Part shown: positions 38,269-51,249 of the stretch, in pieces | Numbering within the stretch: the stretch's first letter is position 1 | How the letters are laid out: every line of letters starts with the position of its first letter | Origin: Chara braunii | Taxonomy: Eukaryota; Plantae; Charophyceae | DNA length: 64,000 bases | Reading direction: 5' to 3' | Assembly: GCA_003427395.1 (NCBI GenBank) | Contig: BFEA01000001.1 | Coordinates: 8,329,887 to 8,393,886, forward strand | The notes under the pieces: model-generated | The model's input: only the letters and a program-made list of their open reading frames with translations | Database searches by the model: none | What the model was told of the DNA's origin: nothing | Program-made: the position numbers and the translations under genes

Positions 38269-40199
38269 CATGAGCATATGTAGTACTAAGTATTTGTGCA
38301 GCTGGACACATACAAGCATGGTTTGGATAACAATGGGACGTTAGGTACATTTCCTCGAGTTCAAAAACATATGTGGATATGCAAGTGCAGGGGGTTCATT
38401 TGCTTGCTTTTTTTTTTTTTTGTTTCCCACCGGGCCCAGTACCTTTGTATTTGGGGGGATGAACTCAGTGCCTTTTTCTTGTTGCTTTATGCCACTCGGG
38501 CCACTTAGTACTACCCTTCTCAAGCAGTACCGTGCAGTCGACATAGTACTACCCAGTTCACGTAGTACAGCATAGTATCACCCGACCCGCATAGCACCAT
38601 TGCCTGCATGGTGTTACCCAGTGCACAAAGCACCCAGCTGGCATAGCACCATATTAGTGCACATAGCACTCTGCCTGCATAGTAGCACCCAGTGTGCACA
38701 TAGCACCCAGCTTGCATAATATCACTCGCAAAATACACAACTGACCCAGCATAGTATCACTCACCGCACATAGCACCCACGCTGTATGCCCTGACTACAT
38801 AGTATCACCCTCTGCGCATAGCAACGGCTCACATCATGTCACGCAATGCAAACGGCGCCCAGCCTGCATGCTGGCACCCTCTGCACATACCGGCACATAG
38901 GGTCTGGCAAACATACTAGTACTAATGGCCAGTTGCTTGTAATTCTGTTGCGCAGTAGCAGCCAACACACATGCTAGGGACCGGCACATGTACCGGCACA
39001 TAGCAACCGGCGCACGTACTAGCACAAGCAACCAGCAGCACATAATTCCGTCAAAATATGAGACATTCCTTGGCATATTTATTCAACAGCCGAAACTTTG
39101 CATCTACGTATTGGGGGGAGGAGAGTTCGCGCTGTATGTGATTGTATCAGAGATCAAAGATTTCCTCAGTATAGATGTAACATCCTAAACTTCACAGGCT
39201 CACCTATCGCGGGTGTGATTCTGTGAGAAATAACAGACATTTCCTTTCACGTATAGAGTCCACAGACGAGTCTTCACAAGTCCACGTACTGGGGGTTGGG
39301 GATGCAAGGCCCTGTTCACGCTGGGGCACGTAGCTCTGTCAAGTATCGGGCATTTCCTTTGCCTACAAGTCACAGCCAATATGTCATACTGCAACATAGT
39401 AATTCTGTCCAAAAAAAATCAGGCATTTCCCCCTTCTTTATTCCCCTCCCACCTCCCCCCCCCCCCACGAAAATGGCCCTTATGGCCTCGGCTTCTTATC
39501 CATTCTGGGGAGCGTCATTCTGGTTTTCTTTTCCACCTGCAAGTCATGAATTTACAGAACAACTCACTCACGCTTCCTCCCATCTGGTGGAAGGGGGGAC
39601 CTCTGATCAGCATTGATTGCCCCTAATCGGGGGATTGACTGTGAGCTTGCCATTTTCGTATCCCCTCCTTTCCAAATCCCGCTCCCGGTCTCTGTCGAGA
39701 CCTGGTTAAGCACCAGATCCAAGCTTTCCGCCAGAAGTTTCTGGGGAGCGTCAGTCTGGCTCCTTTCCATCAGCGAGTACCAAGCACGATACTTAATCCC
39801 GCTCGGCGTATCCGGCTTCTTTAACCACTAGTACCTTTGCCGCTTCAGAAATGAGAGAAAACGCCCATTCCCGAAGAATTCGGAGGCCGGGCCCGATGAC
39901 GGCTGCCATTGATAAATCTAATCGGCGGCCGTTGTTTCGTTTCAGCCTCCTGAAAGGCCAAAGGCCCGTTATTCTCCGAAAAGACAAAGGTACTACCGTC
40001 TTCACCCGAATAGAACGCCCGGTCATTATTGCTGCATCTGGACCGAGAGTTGTGCCAAATACGGCTATAATGACCTGGCATTCTATTCGGGTGAAGACGG
40101 TAGTGGTTTAACAAAGTATTGATTGTCAGCTTGCCTCTCTTTTTGTGTGTTCCTCTCATCAGATGCATGTGAGCTGTGTCTGTCAGAAAGGCGAGTAAA

Positions 40200-40740
40200 C
40201 CAGAAGTTGATAAAATGGCGGGCCCTAGTTGTGACCCCTTATTAGGGCCTGATTGTCATCCTTCGGAGCTCTCACCTGGAAGAACGATGCCCTTATTCAG
40301 CTTCGATCCCACTTCTTCCACCTGAGTGTGTTCTCCTCGACCGTGGCAATCTTGCCTTGTAGGAGCCAGCTTCTAAGAGATGTACTTCTGCTGTCTGCAA
40401 ACTTGTCTGGTCTCCTTTTAGCCGCCTGTTTGACCGATATCCATCTGCAACAGGTGTCCATCTCCAGCATGGCTGTCAACTGGGCCCAAGATCACTCTTT
40501 CGCTGTGAATTTGCCGTCAATGGTATGTGCACATCTCCGTTTCCAAATGGTCCAGACCGTGACTTTCTCTCTCTGAGAAGCAGGAACCGAGTCCTTTTGC
40601 CGTCTCACAGGGAAGAGGTAATGTTGATGGACAGGAGGATGGTGGCAAGGGGTGTTGCGAGGGGTGGGGAGGCGAAAAGGGAGGACCATGGCTTCTGGAT
40701 TCTCTCCCAGAACCATATTGAGTCTGGGCATGAAATTAGG
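40200..40740 (-). mobile_element. L1-type LINE 3' remnant
   Basis: VTVWTIWKRRCAHTIDG resembles the W.IWK.RN motif at the C-terminus of L1-clade ORF2. Confidence 0.55.
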
Positions 40741-40790
40741 TAACGGTCCTAACGGATCCCTTGCGGCACATTTTTTCTTTGTTTTTTCAA

Positions 40791-40907
40791 AGGTACAGCA
40801 CTGGGACTTTCCAGGAGGTCACCCGTCCCTGTACTATTTTGTCCTAACAGCGCTTGGCTACTGGGTTCGGATGGGATTGGGCGCATTAGCTGTGGTATGA
40901 GTGTACT
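40791..40907 (-). pseudogene. 5S: 5S rRNA retrocopy with A-rich tail
   Basis: Minus strand agtacactcataccacagctaatgcgcccaatcccatccgaac..tagtacagggacgggtgacctcctggaaagtcccagtgctgtacct, ~117 nt, then gaaaaaacaaagaaaaaa. Confidence 0.9.
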
Positions 40908-40909
40908 AT

Positions 40910-40998
40910 AAAGAACTCGACAGTTTTTCAATTTACCTGTGCAGGGGCCAGGCTTCTGTTCTCTGTATCGTTCCATTTTAACAGATGTCCCGAAGGAC
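40910..40998 (-). pseudogene. U6: U6 snRNA retrocopy, degenerate 3' half, abutting the 5S copy
   Basis: gtccttcgggacatctgttaaaatggaacgatacagagaa..tggcccctgcacagg. Confidence 0.85.
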
Positions 40999-41936
40999 AT
41001 CTCTTTCATGTTAGTTGTGCACATAGCGCATTTGTCCAAGTTATGGGATCAGAGTGCTTGTCCGTTTCTGATGGAGCCCTTGGTCGACTGGCAATGCGGT
41101 GTATGCAAGGAGCCATTGCAGGCTACGGATCTTTGCCGGTCTTGAGACATTTCCTCTTTGTACGTCAGAATCGGTCAGATGAAAACAAACAGAAAAAAAA
41201 GTTTGACGGATTCACCTTTCTTTAAAGTAGTAGGATTGCAATGTTGTGGCAGTTCTTTCAATACTAGAATGGATTGCTTGCAAAAGTGCAACTCGTGCTG
41301 TGTTTCTGAAAGTGATAAAGAAGGCTTCCGTGCCTTGTGCCTCGCTAATTTGTCGTATTCCCGTATTTATGTGGCCTTTTTTTTTGCCGGCGCGGGTTAT
41401 GCTTGTGGTGCGTATGTTGGTACTCATGATTATGTGCCGGTGGAGAAGGAACCGGACTGCTGGCCGGCCAGAATATAGAATGGATCCAGGGACCATCAGA
41501 CCCTGTTTTATGTAAGGTTCCCTTTTTCTTGTTTTCGGCACAAGGATGGGTGCAGAAGGCCTCTTCTTTTTTTTTTGTGGCTGGAGGTACGTGACAGCTC
41601 CTCATGTGGGGTTGCAAGGGCTTGTATATTCCACTGACATTGCTGCAGATTGGTGAAACCCATGTGAAGGATGATTCATTGTAGCAACTTGAGAGACGCT
41701 GGCTCATTTATGGCTGTTCCCTTCGTCTGTTGTTTTGATGATGATGGGTTGATGGGTACGGGCGTGTACGCCGTCACTGCAACTATATAGTAGAAGATGG
41801 ATGTCCAGCCAGGTATATAAGATGTACGCCTTTTGTTCTAAGTCACCACGATCACATCATGATGACGTTTGTCGCGTGTTTGCGGTCGAAGCTGATGGCA
41901 TCCTCTCTGCTGGTGTGTGCTTGATCTTGCTAACAG

Positions 41937-42012
41937 CTGGCAACGATTATTAACGCACTCGAAGGGCAGCTTTTAGTGTTTCTCACCCATCATCACCGCG
42001 ATCATGTGGAAG
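41937..42012 (+). CDS. Metallo-beta-lactamase-fold hydrolase, exon D (metal-binding motif)
   Basis: LATIINALEGQLLVFLTHHHRDHVEG contains HxHxDH; taacag acceptor, g|gtacg donor. Confidence 0.92.
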
Positions 42013-43899
42013 GTACGGATGAAATTTGCCTCAAAATGTCATCATACATAATCTTTGTCCTCTGTTCTGCTCTCCAGTGCCATGCTCTGCTGTGCTTTAT
42101 GTCTGTGCGCCTCGGAATGGCATGCTGGACCTGGGTTGTGAGGGCCCAGTTGTGGGTCACGCTCCTCCGTTGGATCTGCATAGGTGGAATGCTGTCACTC
42201 GAACCACCGACGGACACGATGACGATCCCCTGGTTAACACATGCTAGCGATATCCCTTGACCCCTGCAAGTTGAAATTATTATTTGGGGGGGGGGTGTAA
42301 TTTGGGGCTGTTGTAGTTGGGCAGCTTGGGCTTTTGATCTCACCCAGTGCTGCCAGGTAGCCACCTGTTTGGCACCGCATATCAATGGTCCTTTTCCTGG
42401 GTGGTCTCTCTTCTGATGATAATATGCAGGCTGAAAAAAGGCGCTGAATGCTGTTGCAGTGCTTCATAATAATTAACCTGCAATGCGTCCCGGGATATTA
42501 GCTGCATCCCGGAGCTGAAGTACAGGTTGGTTGGTCCAAAATCCGTGAGCAGCTAAGATCCCCCACTGGGGTGGCACCTTTTTTTTTAATGTTGTTTTTT
42601 AAGGACCTGGCTCCACTCTATTCCGTGGAGCAGGAGTCTGGCTCCGACTACACTGGAAACTTGCCGCAAGTCAAATCTACATTTGAGCACTCTGTAGGGT
42701 CGCTCTCGTTAGGGCGAGAGAGACCCTCGGCAGTATTGATTGCTCTCCTTTAGGGAGGATTGACTTCTGGGTGGGTACACCCATTCTGAACTTCAGTCCC
42801 GTGCCGTTCTAAGTGACTAACCCTCCAAAACAAGACGCACTCTTAACGCACCAGTACATTCGCGCCTCTTTTCGCCGAGGCGGATTCGCCCTGCACGCCA
42901 AGCTTTGCGGAACTGCCAGGGCAGCGCTTTTTCTTTTCTTTTGGCTGGCACTGCCAGCCATTTTGGTCCGGTAGCGCTGAGCCTCCGAATGATTCGGAAT
43001 GAGCCGGTTTCATGTCTCAAGTTTGCCTGGGCCATGTACTGGTGGCTTGAAAGACGGGATCCCGGAGCCGTTCTGTCGATTCAATAAACCCTTGAATTCA
43101 AGGCGCTGTTCTGTCAAATCAGCACCTTTTTTTTCTGGTTGTTTTTTCCTGTCCTAACAATCTATAGATGCACTCTATTATTGGACATAGTTTGGAGATA
43201 GACAGAGTCTGAAGTGGCCGCAGAAAATCTTCTTGAGTTATACTGTTAACCCGATGTCCCTCGGTTCTGCTATCTCCACCTCTTCTCTGCTGGAATTGTC
43301 ATCTGCTGTCTGATTCCTCTGTGTTCCTCCCCAAGGCGGGGCACTCACCCATTACCCGTTTTTTTTTTTCCCCCCCTGCAAGAAACTTTGAAAAAGTGGT
43401 CTTGTTTCCAGGATTGGCATCGCTGTGCTTCCTAAGTCACATCCAACTCTTTGCATCTCAGTCCTTTGTAGTTTATCATGGTTGGCTTTTTTTCTTCTAT
43501 TTTTTTTCCGAGTCGGAGTCTCCCCCGACCCCCACCCCGAAAACAGCAGCATTGATTACTTCCTGGTTCGCTTTTTTGTGTCATGATTCATGAATGAAAT
43601 AAAAATAAATTTGTTGATTGCTTCCCTAGGAAGGATTGAGGTAATCAATGCAGGGAAGCGACCAGAGCGGGTTATCTCATGTATTCATTCTGACTTGCCG
43701 TTGGGACTGATGCCCCGCAGAATGGACGAGGAGCTGGGGCCATAAGGCCCCGTTTTCCCACAAAAACAAACAAACAAAAAAGGATTGTTGGAGTGGCAGC
43801 CATGACGTGTAAAGGCTTTTCCTTTTAGTCTCGAAATGATCCGGCTTAATCTTCGTCAGCCCTTTGGCTCCACGCCATCTGCATCTTCTCTCCGTTTCC

Positions 43900-45100
43900 A
43901 ATTAGCTGTGACCAGGCCGCTTCCTTATTGATTATCTGATCGTTCATCGCCTGGGAGTATCTTCTCGTCCAGATTGTCCATAGTGCATCGTTTCTGAGGA
44001 GTAAATGCCATGTTCTTGATGCACCTGGCAGGAAAGGGGGAAATTCTGATGATGAGCACGGAGCAGGGCTGTGGGGCTGTGAGGAGAGATGTGGGAGAAG
44101 GAGCTGTGAAGAGGGAGAACCAAAGCATCATGACCATAGAGCAGGCAATGGAGTAAATCTTCGTTGAGGTCGTTAGTACACATCACACAGGTGTGCAAAC
44201 TGTTGGAGTCGGATCGTTTGCTATGTTCGCATAGCCATTGATCGACTGGAAGGGCAGTGTAATTCACTGAAAGGCTGCAGTCTTCCTCCGAACAAAACAC
44301 ACGTATGTCCTATTCCACTTTTCCCTGGAAAAGTCCGTTTTTCAGAGTTGCCGCCAGAAATCCAGATAGTACGCAGGTATGTTGTATTTGAATAGTGTGC
44401 ACGTGTGTTCTATTCGAACAGGAGGGTGTTCTATTCAAAAAGCCGTCTTCTTCCTCTTGAGATGGTGGTCAAGCCCTTAGCATCATCGTCGTCTGCTGAA
44501 TATGGTCTCCTTCTTCTTCGTATGATGATGAATCTCCCTCCTGGTTGTAGCTTTCTTCTTCAGGACGCCACCACCTTCTGCAGACATACCTGCCCTCGAT
44601 CGAAGGGCAGGTTCATTCAAAGTTAGCAAAGAGTATAAGCTAAGAAAGCAGTGCGAAGACCTCCCTGGCTATCGAGTATGAGGAGGAGGAAGGAGGAGGC
44701 CTTGGCTATGGAGGTAGCGGGTGGAGCACCCACGACTTCCTGATTGGAGTCGTCAGACCTAGAGCACTAGCCGATAGAATACGAAGTCTAGTGGCACGAT
44801 TTCTCGAAGTAAGGCTTAGCCTTTGGCCCTTCTTTTCAAAGACGGTGCCAGGCTATGGAGAAGGGTGAGAGAAGGGTGAAGACAATGAGGAAAGGAAGAG
44901 AGAGAGGAACCAACATGAGAGACTCGCCTGTGGCTATGGTTGACCTTCATCTTCACTTCGTTGGTTGGCGCTGCATCTAGAGGGCCCCGCTGCGGGTTCC
45001 AGTTGGTCTTGGACTCCATCCGAGAGTAAGGCTATGGCAGGATGAGCTGGGAGAGGCCTAGGAGAGATTTTGTTGTTCTTTGAATATCAGTGATTTATCA
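43900..45100 (-). mobile_element. L1-type LINE remnant (zf-RVT-like region)
   Basis: ALPVDQWL...CVMCTNDLNEDLLHCLL resembles the C..C....E...H...C motif after L1 RT; extent approximate. Confidence 0.5.
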
Positions 45101-48100
45101 TGGATTCTCCGCCGTACTGATAGTTTCAACCGAGGAGAGAGAAGTGAGGTTATGGCCAAAAAGGAGGGCTCTTTGAGTGCTGGCTTTAGGGGTGAATACT
45201 CGGACAGGATTCCTAATCATTCATTCATTCATTTGTTGTTGTATCTAATCGACTGTAAGAGGGGAAGGAGGAGTACAGGAGAAGAAGATGACAGAAAGAA
45301 AGCAGTGAGGGAGAAGATATCGGGTCCACGTGTATAGTTCTTCTTCTTCGTCTTGTTGTATTCCTTTCATTTTGTTCCGCTCCTCCTCTCTCTTCACTTC
45401 TTCTTTCGAGTTTCTGCAAGTTTTGCATTTCTCATGGTTTGAGTTTGCATTATGTTTTTCTTTTTTTCTTACATGAACACTCGCTCAAGCCCCATCTACT
45501 CTGGGGGGCAACTGTCCGGTTGCTCACAACCGGCAAACACTGCATAGAAAGTGAGAAAGACATCTCTGTATGGGGTCTAGACGCACACAGAAGGGGCCAG
45601 CCCAACTTTTGTCTGCTCGGACTCTTCTAGCTGGGAGACGCCAAGCGTACCCAGACGCTCAGGGGAAATTTGACCCACGATTGTCATCTCCTTCTGTATT
45701 AGAACGGTGCTGTTGCCACCAGAGTATTGCCGCACTTGACATCACCACCCCAACCCTACTTCTTATCACATACGGCTCACAATAGCACCCTTTTCCTTAA
45801 TGGCTTATGAATGTAGCAGGATCATGACAGCTCAATGGAATGAGCTCAAATACTAAACTGTGATGGGAACTTCCGAAGTTCTGGCCGTGTGTTTGAATTC
45901 CACAGCAGCGTTCACTTACATGTCTATTCAGCAATTTGGACATCTGCCTACCTGCCAGAATGTCCCCATGCAAGTTTCCCGTGCTGTGCACTGCATGCAC
46001 CTGGCCGCTTGGGTGCTCAGGTGCACTCTGACAGGGACCGGGGCTGGCATATTTTCCTTATCCTCCAAGCAACCCATAACCCCATGTCTACGGCTCCTCC
46101 TATGGCTGACAGGTAAACAAACAAAGAAAGATCCGAGCATTTTGTTTCCCGCCTGAACCATCCACACATGCTATATGGTGGCTCTAGGGAGGTCAGGACA
46201 GACAGCCTGAGGGGCCTCTTAGTAATTGAAGTCGAGATTCTTGAGAATCTGATTTTATATCAAGCGATTTGCTTTGAGCCTTTTCCAGCTGTCTGGGATT
46301 TGTGTTGAACAGCATTTTGCTGCTGGGATCCCTCTCCTTTGTCTTTGATCATGCCTGGTGTATCTTTTTTGAAAATGCAGACCGAACTGTAACTGACTAC
46401 CGTCTTCCCCCAAATCGAAGGTATGGTCATTATATACTACGATTATAGCTGCATTTGGGGCAACTTTCGTGTTGAAGTAAACTTGGGGCAATTCAATCAT
46501 CGCCTAATCGCAGCAGAGTGACCCGACTGCATGTCTGGAACCACAAGAGAATCACCTAGTTCCTCCTTTCTTTTTTTTAATCTAATTCTGATCTGATGTA
46601 ATGAAAGAGGCTCTGCTGGATCCGTCCTCTAGATTCCCTGTGTTTCTTCCGTCACTTGTGGAGGTGGAGAGTCTGCTATTGGTGACCATGGTGGGGCAGG
46701 GGAGGGGGAGACGAGGGTGGAAGAGTAAGAGACAAGGAATGGGAGGGAGGAAGAGAGGCACCAAAAATAGTTGTCTACACAATTCAGAAGGTAGAGGAGG
46801 AAGTGCGATGGTGGCCTACAAAGGACGAAGAGGAGGGAAAGGTGGGAAGTGAAAAGGGGTGACAAGTACGATCATACTACGATGGAAAAGGAGGAAGGGG
46901 AGGAGGAAGGGAAGGAGGAGAGAGCCGCCGGAAGCAGTGGTGTTGGTGGCATGGAGAATAAGGAGGAAATGTGACGATGATCAAGAAGGGAGTGAAAATC
47001 AGGGGACAGCGGAGGAGCAGGCAGAGGAAGTCAAGCGCAACGCTGCCGAATGACAATCGATGAGGGAAAGGAGGAAGAGGACAAGGGGCAGGGTGGATGA
47101 TGATGATGATGGAAATCTGGGTGCGACTGTTTGGCAGTGAGTCGGTGATCCACTGTCAGCATCTGCAAGTCACAGCCATGCAATGATCAAAGTCATGCAC
47201 AATGATGCCAAGTACATGGCAAACCTTGCACATCTGGCATACTTATGCTAATCTGGTGTGGCATTGCGTGGCATGATAAAGGGAATGCCTATGTCCCTGA
47301 TAATGGTAAGCATGAGTGTGATGAGAGTCTCGTGTCCCAGTGCAGAGGAGGAGGAACTGTGAAAAGGATAAAGAGGAATACAAGCAGAAGGATGAGGAGG
47401 GCATGACGAAAAAGAGCAGGGGAGGAGCTGGTGATGTAGAAGAAAACGTTGGCAGCTGCTGAGTGTGACATTGGTATACACAGCCAAGTTTTAACACGAA
47501 GAAGAAGCGTCTGAGGCTCTGAGGTCACACAACACGCATGCACATCACGGCAATTTGATGTGATGACAATGTGTGTAACGCCTGTGAGCATGAGTGCGGT
47601 GTCGGTCTGACACAGCAATCTGACAAAATATGTTTGTACTGACAATGCAGTGAGCAGAATCTGTATGTGATGACAATTCATCTGAAGATTCAGAACCTTT
47701 GTGTTGACGGTGAATTTGTGACAGCAAGAACCTATGCGGGAGGATGGTAAGCATGAGCATCATGACAGTCAAATATCATCATGCATTTATGGCAGTGACA
47801 GTTGTGAGCACAATGATAATGTGGTCTGTCGATGTTGTGATGTGACTGACAATGATAGCTACAACGGACCTGTGCAATGCGCGTGCATGCCCACACCCTC
47901 ACCTGCATCTGCTAGAGTTTCAGTATCTGCAGTCTCGCAGAAGTCCCTGCGAAGGAATGCACTCGACATGGCTGTCACGTTGATGACGTTCTGGTGAACA
48001 TGACGGCCAACTATGGATGTACTTCAAAAATTACGCCCTCCTGTCACTATTCTCGCTCCCTTTTCCCTCCCCCAGCCCACCTTCCCCATGGTACCCCCAA

Positions 48101-48504
48101 TCTGTCTCTTATGTTTTCAATGTCTCCCCTATGGCACACCCATTCCCCCTCCCTCAATCCCACCTGCCGTCCCGCTACATTTTCCATCGCTCTCTGCCGT
48201 TTTTCCCATCCTGACGTCCCCCTGCCCGGCAAATCTCACCCCAACTCTTCCCTCCCCTCTCCCAGCTCAGGGCCACATGTCCTCCCGTCCTGCTGAACTG
48301 CTCNNNNNNNNNNNNNNNNNNNNNNNNNNNNNNNNNNNNNNNNNNNNNNNNNNNNNNNNNNNNNNNNNNNNNNNNNNNNNNNNNNNNNNNNNNNNNNNNN
48401 NNNNNNNNNNNNNNNNNNNNNNNNNNNNNNNNNNNNNNNNNNNNNNNNNNNNNNNNNNNNNNNNNNNNNNNNNNNNNNNNNNNNNNNNNNNNNNNNNNNN
48501 NNNN

Positions 48505-48569
<65 letters not shown>

Positions 48570-48997
48570 CTGCCCCCATAGACATGCAGCATGTGCTTGA
48601 TGCTCCCTCTTCATCAGTTTGGGATGTATACCCCTCCACATCCTTCCCTCGGATCCCTCCCCTCGTTCTTTTGTGTGCAAAGTATTCTGGGAACCCTTTG
48701 CCTCCTTCCCCCTTTTGTGTGCAAAGCATCTTGTAATCCTCCCTGGGCCCTTCATAGCCGTGCTTCAAACGCCAGTGCACTCTTGGCGGACATGTCTGCA
48801 TGTTCTGGGTTTCAGGTGGGGAAATGATAACAGATATCTGGACATGTACCCACCAGGCAATGCAGGCATGTCCACTTGTGGTTAGCTGCATGTAGAGGGT
48901 TGTTTGACAGACATATCCTCTGGTAGCCATGGTGGTTACTTCTAAAAGGACTTGATGACAAGGGCTGCTGAACTCAATCATTATGATCGCTGTTAAG

Positions 48998-50728
48998 CAG
49001 GGTTGCACCCCTGCCGACCGCCGACCCCGACCGCCGACCGTATTGCAGCCGACCAGTAGGGCCGACCGGTCGGCGGTCTGCCGACCAGTCAGAAAACAAC
49101 CATCCACTGATTTTTTTTCAAATCTGAGTTGGGGGCTGTACTGTGCTTGCGAAGTACAGCCCAAATCCGCTGAGAAACTTTTGGGGATGGAGGGGGGGGT
49201 ATTGGGGGGTATGGGGGGGTTGGGTTTGGAGCATTTGGGATCCTCAGAGACTTTACGCAACGCATCTCACTTGTTTCATTAATGAGATGGAAAGAAAGGA
49301 AGAAAGCGGCAAGCCACTCACTTTGCGTCTACTTTCAATTCTAATTTGCTGGATTGATCGATGCTGAGGCTTTCTTTTACGTATGTATTGTATGGTCGGT
49401 CTTGTGAAGTTCAAACTCTTACAGTGGGTAGAACACAAAGTAAGATAAGCGATTGATTACATAATCGAGTAAAGAAGGAAAGAAAACTTAACCACATGCC
49501 AAATTGGCCTGGGTGAACTTGGATATTGCAAAGATTCTTAAAAAATTTAATCAGATTCTACAAGGTGTTTGTAATTATTATAATTTTGTACACAATCGTA
49601 CCAAGCTGCGTCGTATTCAATATATCATACAATATTCCGCCATGGCCACACTAGGTCGAAAACTCAAATTGAATAGTGCTGCTGCGGTGGAAGTGTGCTG
49701 GTTACCGATGCGCAAAAAAATAGCTCCTTAGCATTTATTTGAAAACCCCTGCGGGTTATCCGAGCTAGAGTCATGGCACGCGAAGTATATATGCTGTTGA
49801 TTCACATTAAGGTCGGTGTTTCAGCAGTTATGGGACCACTGAGCACACGAGTTTCTGGGCAGTAGCAGGCCAACTCACCAGGTGCTTTTCAGGGCTTCCC
49901 TCCACTACTCACCAAATGTGCAAAACTAGAATGAATCTTCTGCTAGAACATGGAACCGTACGCCGCCATATGTTTTGTCTTTTGTGCAAGTGGTGACGAG
50001 TGGAGAAAGGCCCTTAGGGCCACTGCTTGTAGGAAAAGGAAACAAAAGAAAGAGAGGAATGAATCTTCTGCTAGAACATGGAACCATACGCTGCCGTATG
50101 TTTTGTCTTTTGTGCAAGTAGTGAAGAGTGGAGCAAGGCCCCTAGTGCCACTTCTCGTGGGAAAACGAAACAAAAGAAACAGAGAGCTACGGTAGTAAGT
50201 AGGTGTAACTTGTAACCCATAACTGCTCGAAAGCAGACCTGACTTCGGATGCAGAACATATATTGCTGGCCTGCTCCTCTCTCACACGAAATTTGCTGAA
50301 CGTCTCTTGAGAGTGCACCATTGGCTACCTCAGCCAGCCCTCTCCATTTTTTTTTTAACCCTATTTATTGGGGTGCGCCGCATCACATGCGTGCGCTATG
50401 CGCCGCATGTGCGGAGCTCACGCCCACGCGATGTGCCGCAGGTATGGGTTGGAGTACAGGGGGAGTATAGGGGGAGTATAGGAGTTGGTGGTTTAATAAG
50501 GGTATTGGGGGCGGTTCGGGGGTGTTGGGGTGGTGCATGGGGTTATGGGGGGCTGCTATTGGGGTGTTAGTGGTGTTATTAGGGGTTCTGGACCCCAAAA
50601 GAAAAATAAAAAAAAATGCGGGGTGTTGATGACCCCCGACCGGTAGGTGCCGACCACCCAATCGGTCGACGGGGGGGGGGGGCAGCCGACCAGTCAAGGG
50701 CCGCCGACCGTCGGCGGGTCCAACACTG
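48998..50728 (+). mobile_element. hAT-type element (same family as 37874) with ~1.2 kb cargo
   Basis: Ends cagggttgcaccc / gggtccaacactg, perfect 8-bp TSD ctgttaag (48990-97, 50729-36). Confidence 0.92.
49490..49690 (+). pseudogene. Organellar group II intron maturase (domain X) fragment
   Basis: AT-rich; KLAWVNLDIAKILKKFNQILQGVCNYYNFVHNRTKLRRIQYIIQYSAMATLGRKLKL fits the domain X pattern G..NYY...N......YS...TL..K.K. Confidence 0.85.
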
Positions 50729-51249
50729 CTGTTAAGTCCATAGTGGGACGAGGAAACAGATGACAGTGATGGTCATCACTGTGCGCAATGGTGAAATCCC
50801 TACCGTTAGACCACCAGTACCTCCACGTTCTTAGGCCGATAACGCGGTGGCTGAATTGGTGCGCGGCACGGGTCCATATGCATTTGCGTCAGAGCCTCCC
50901 CAGAGGGGGCCTAATCCCCCCTGGGGTACTGGTGGTTTAATCGTGTGAAAGCAACGATGGGAAGGGCTCATAGCCTCATACTCGTTATCATTATCACGTT
51001 CCACACCCCTTTCATGTGCTCCCTCCAGCTGTGCTGAGGCTGACTGCCCCTCTGACTGAAGCTGCAATTAGAAACCGCTGGTTTTCCCTGAAAGGAGTTC
51101 TCTATTCACCCCTCTGCTGCTCTGTCATGGTCGGTTTTTTCTCTCCAACAGATACTTCTGCTTTGTACAGTTTCTGTCCTTTTCCAGAGGACACCTTCTA
51201 CCACACACATGCGAGACAAGACATTCTGTGATCCAAGATGGAAACGAGA

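Noticed and set aside
43960-44020. GIYSSETMHYGQSGR as a GIY-YIG motif
   Set aside because: Spacing is too short and the context is an L1-type zinc-finger remnant.
49785-50280. Partly complementary, permuted segments (cagcagttatggg / cccataactgct) as a ribozyme or SRP RNA
   Set aside because: No twister, hairpin-ribozyme or SRP consensus could be fitted.
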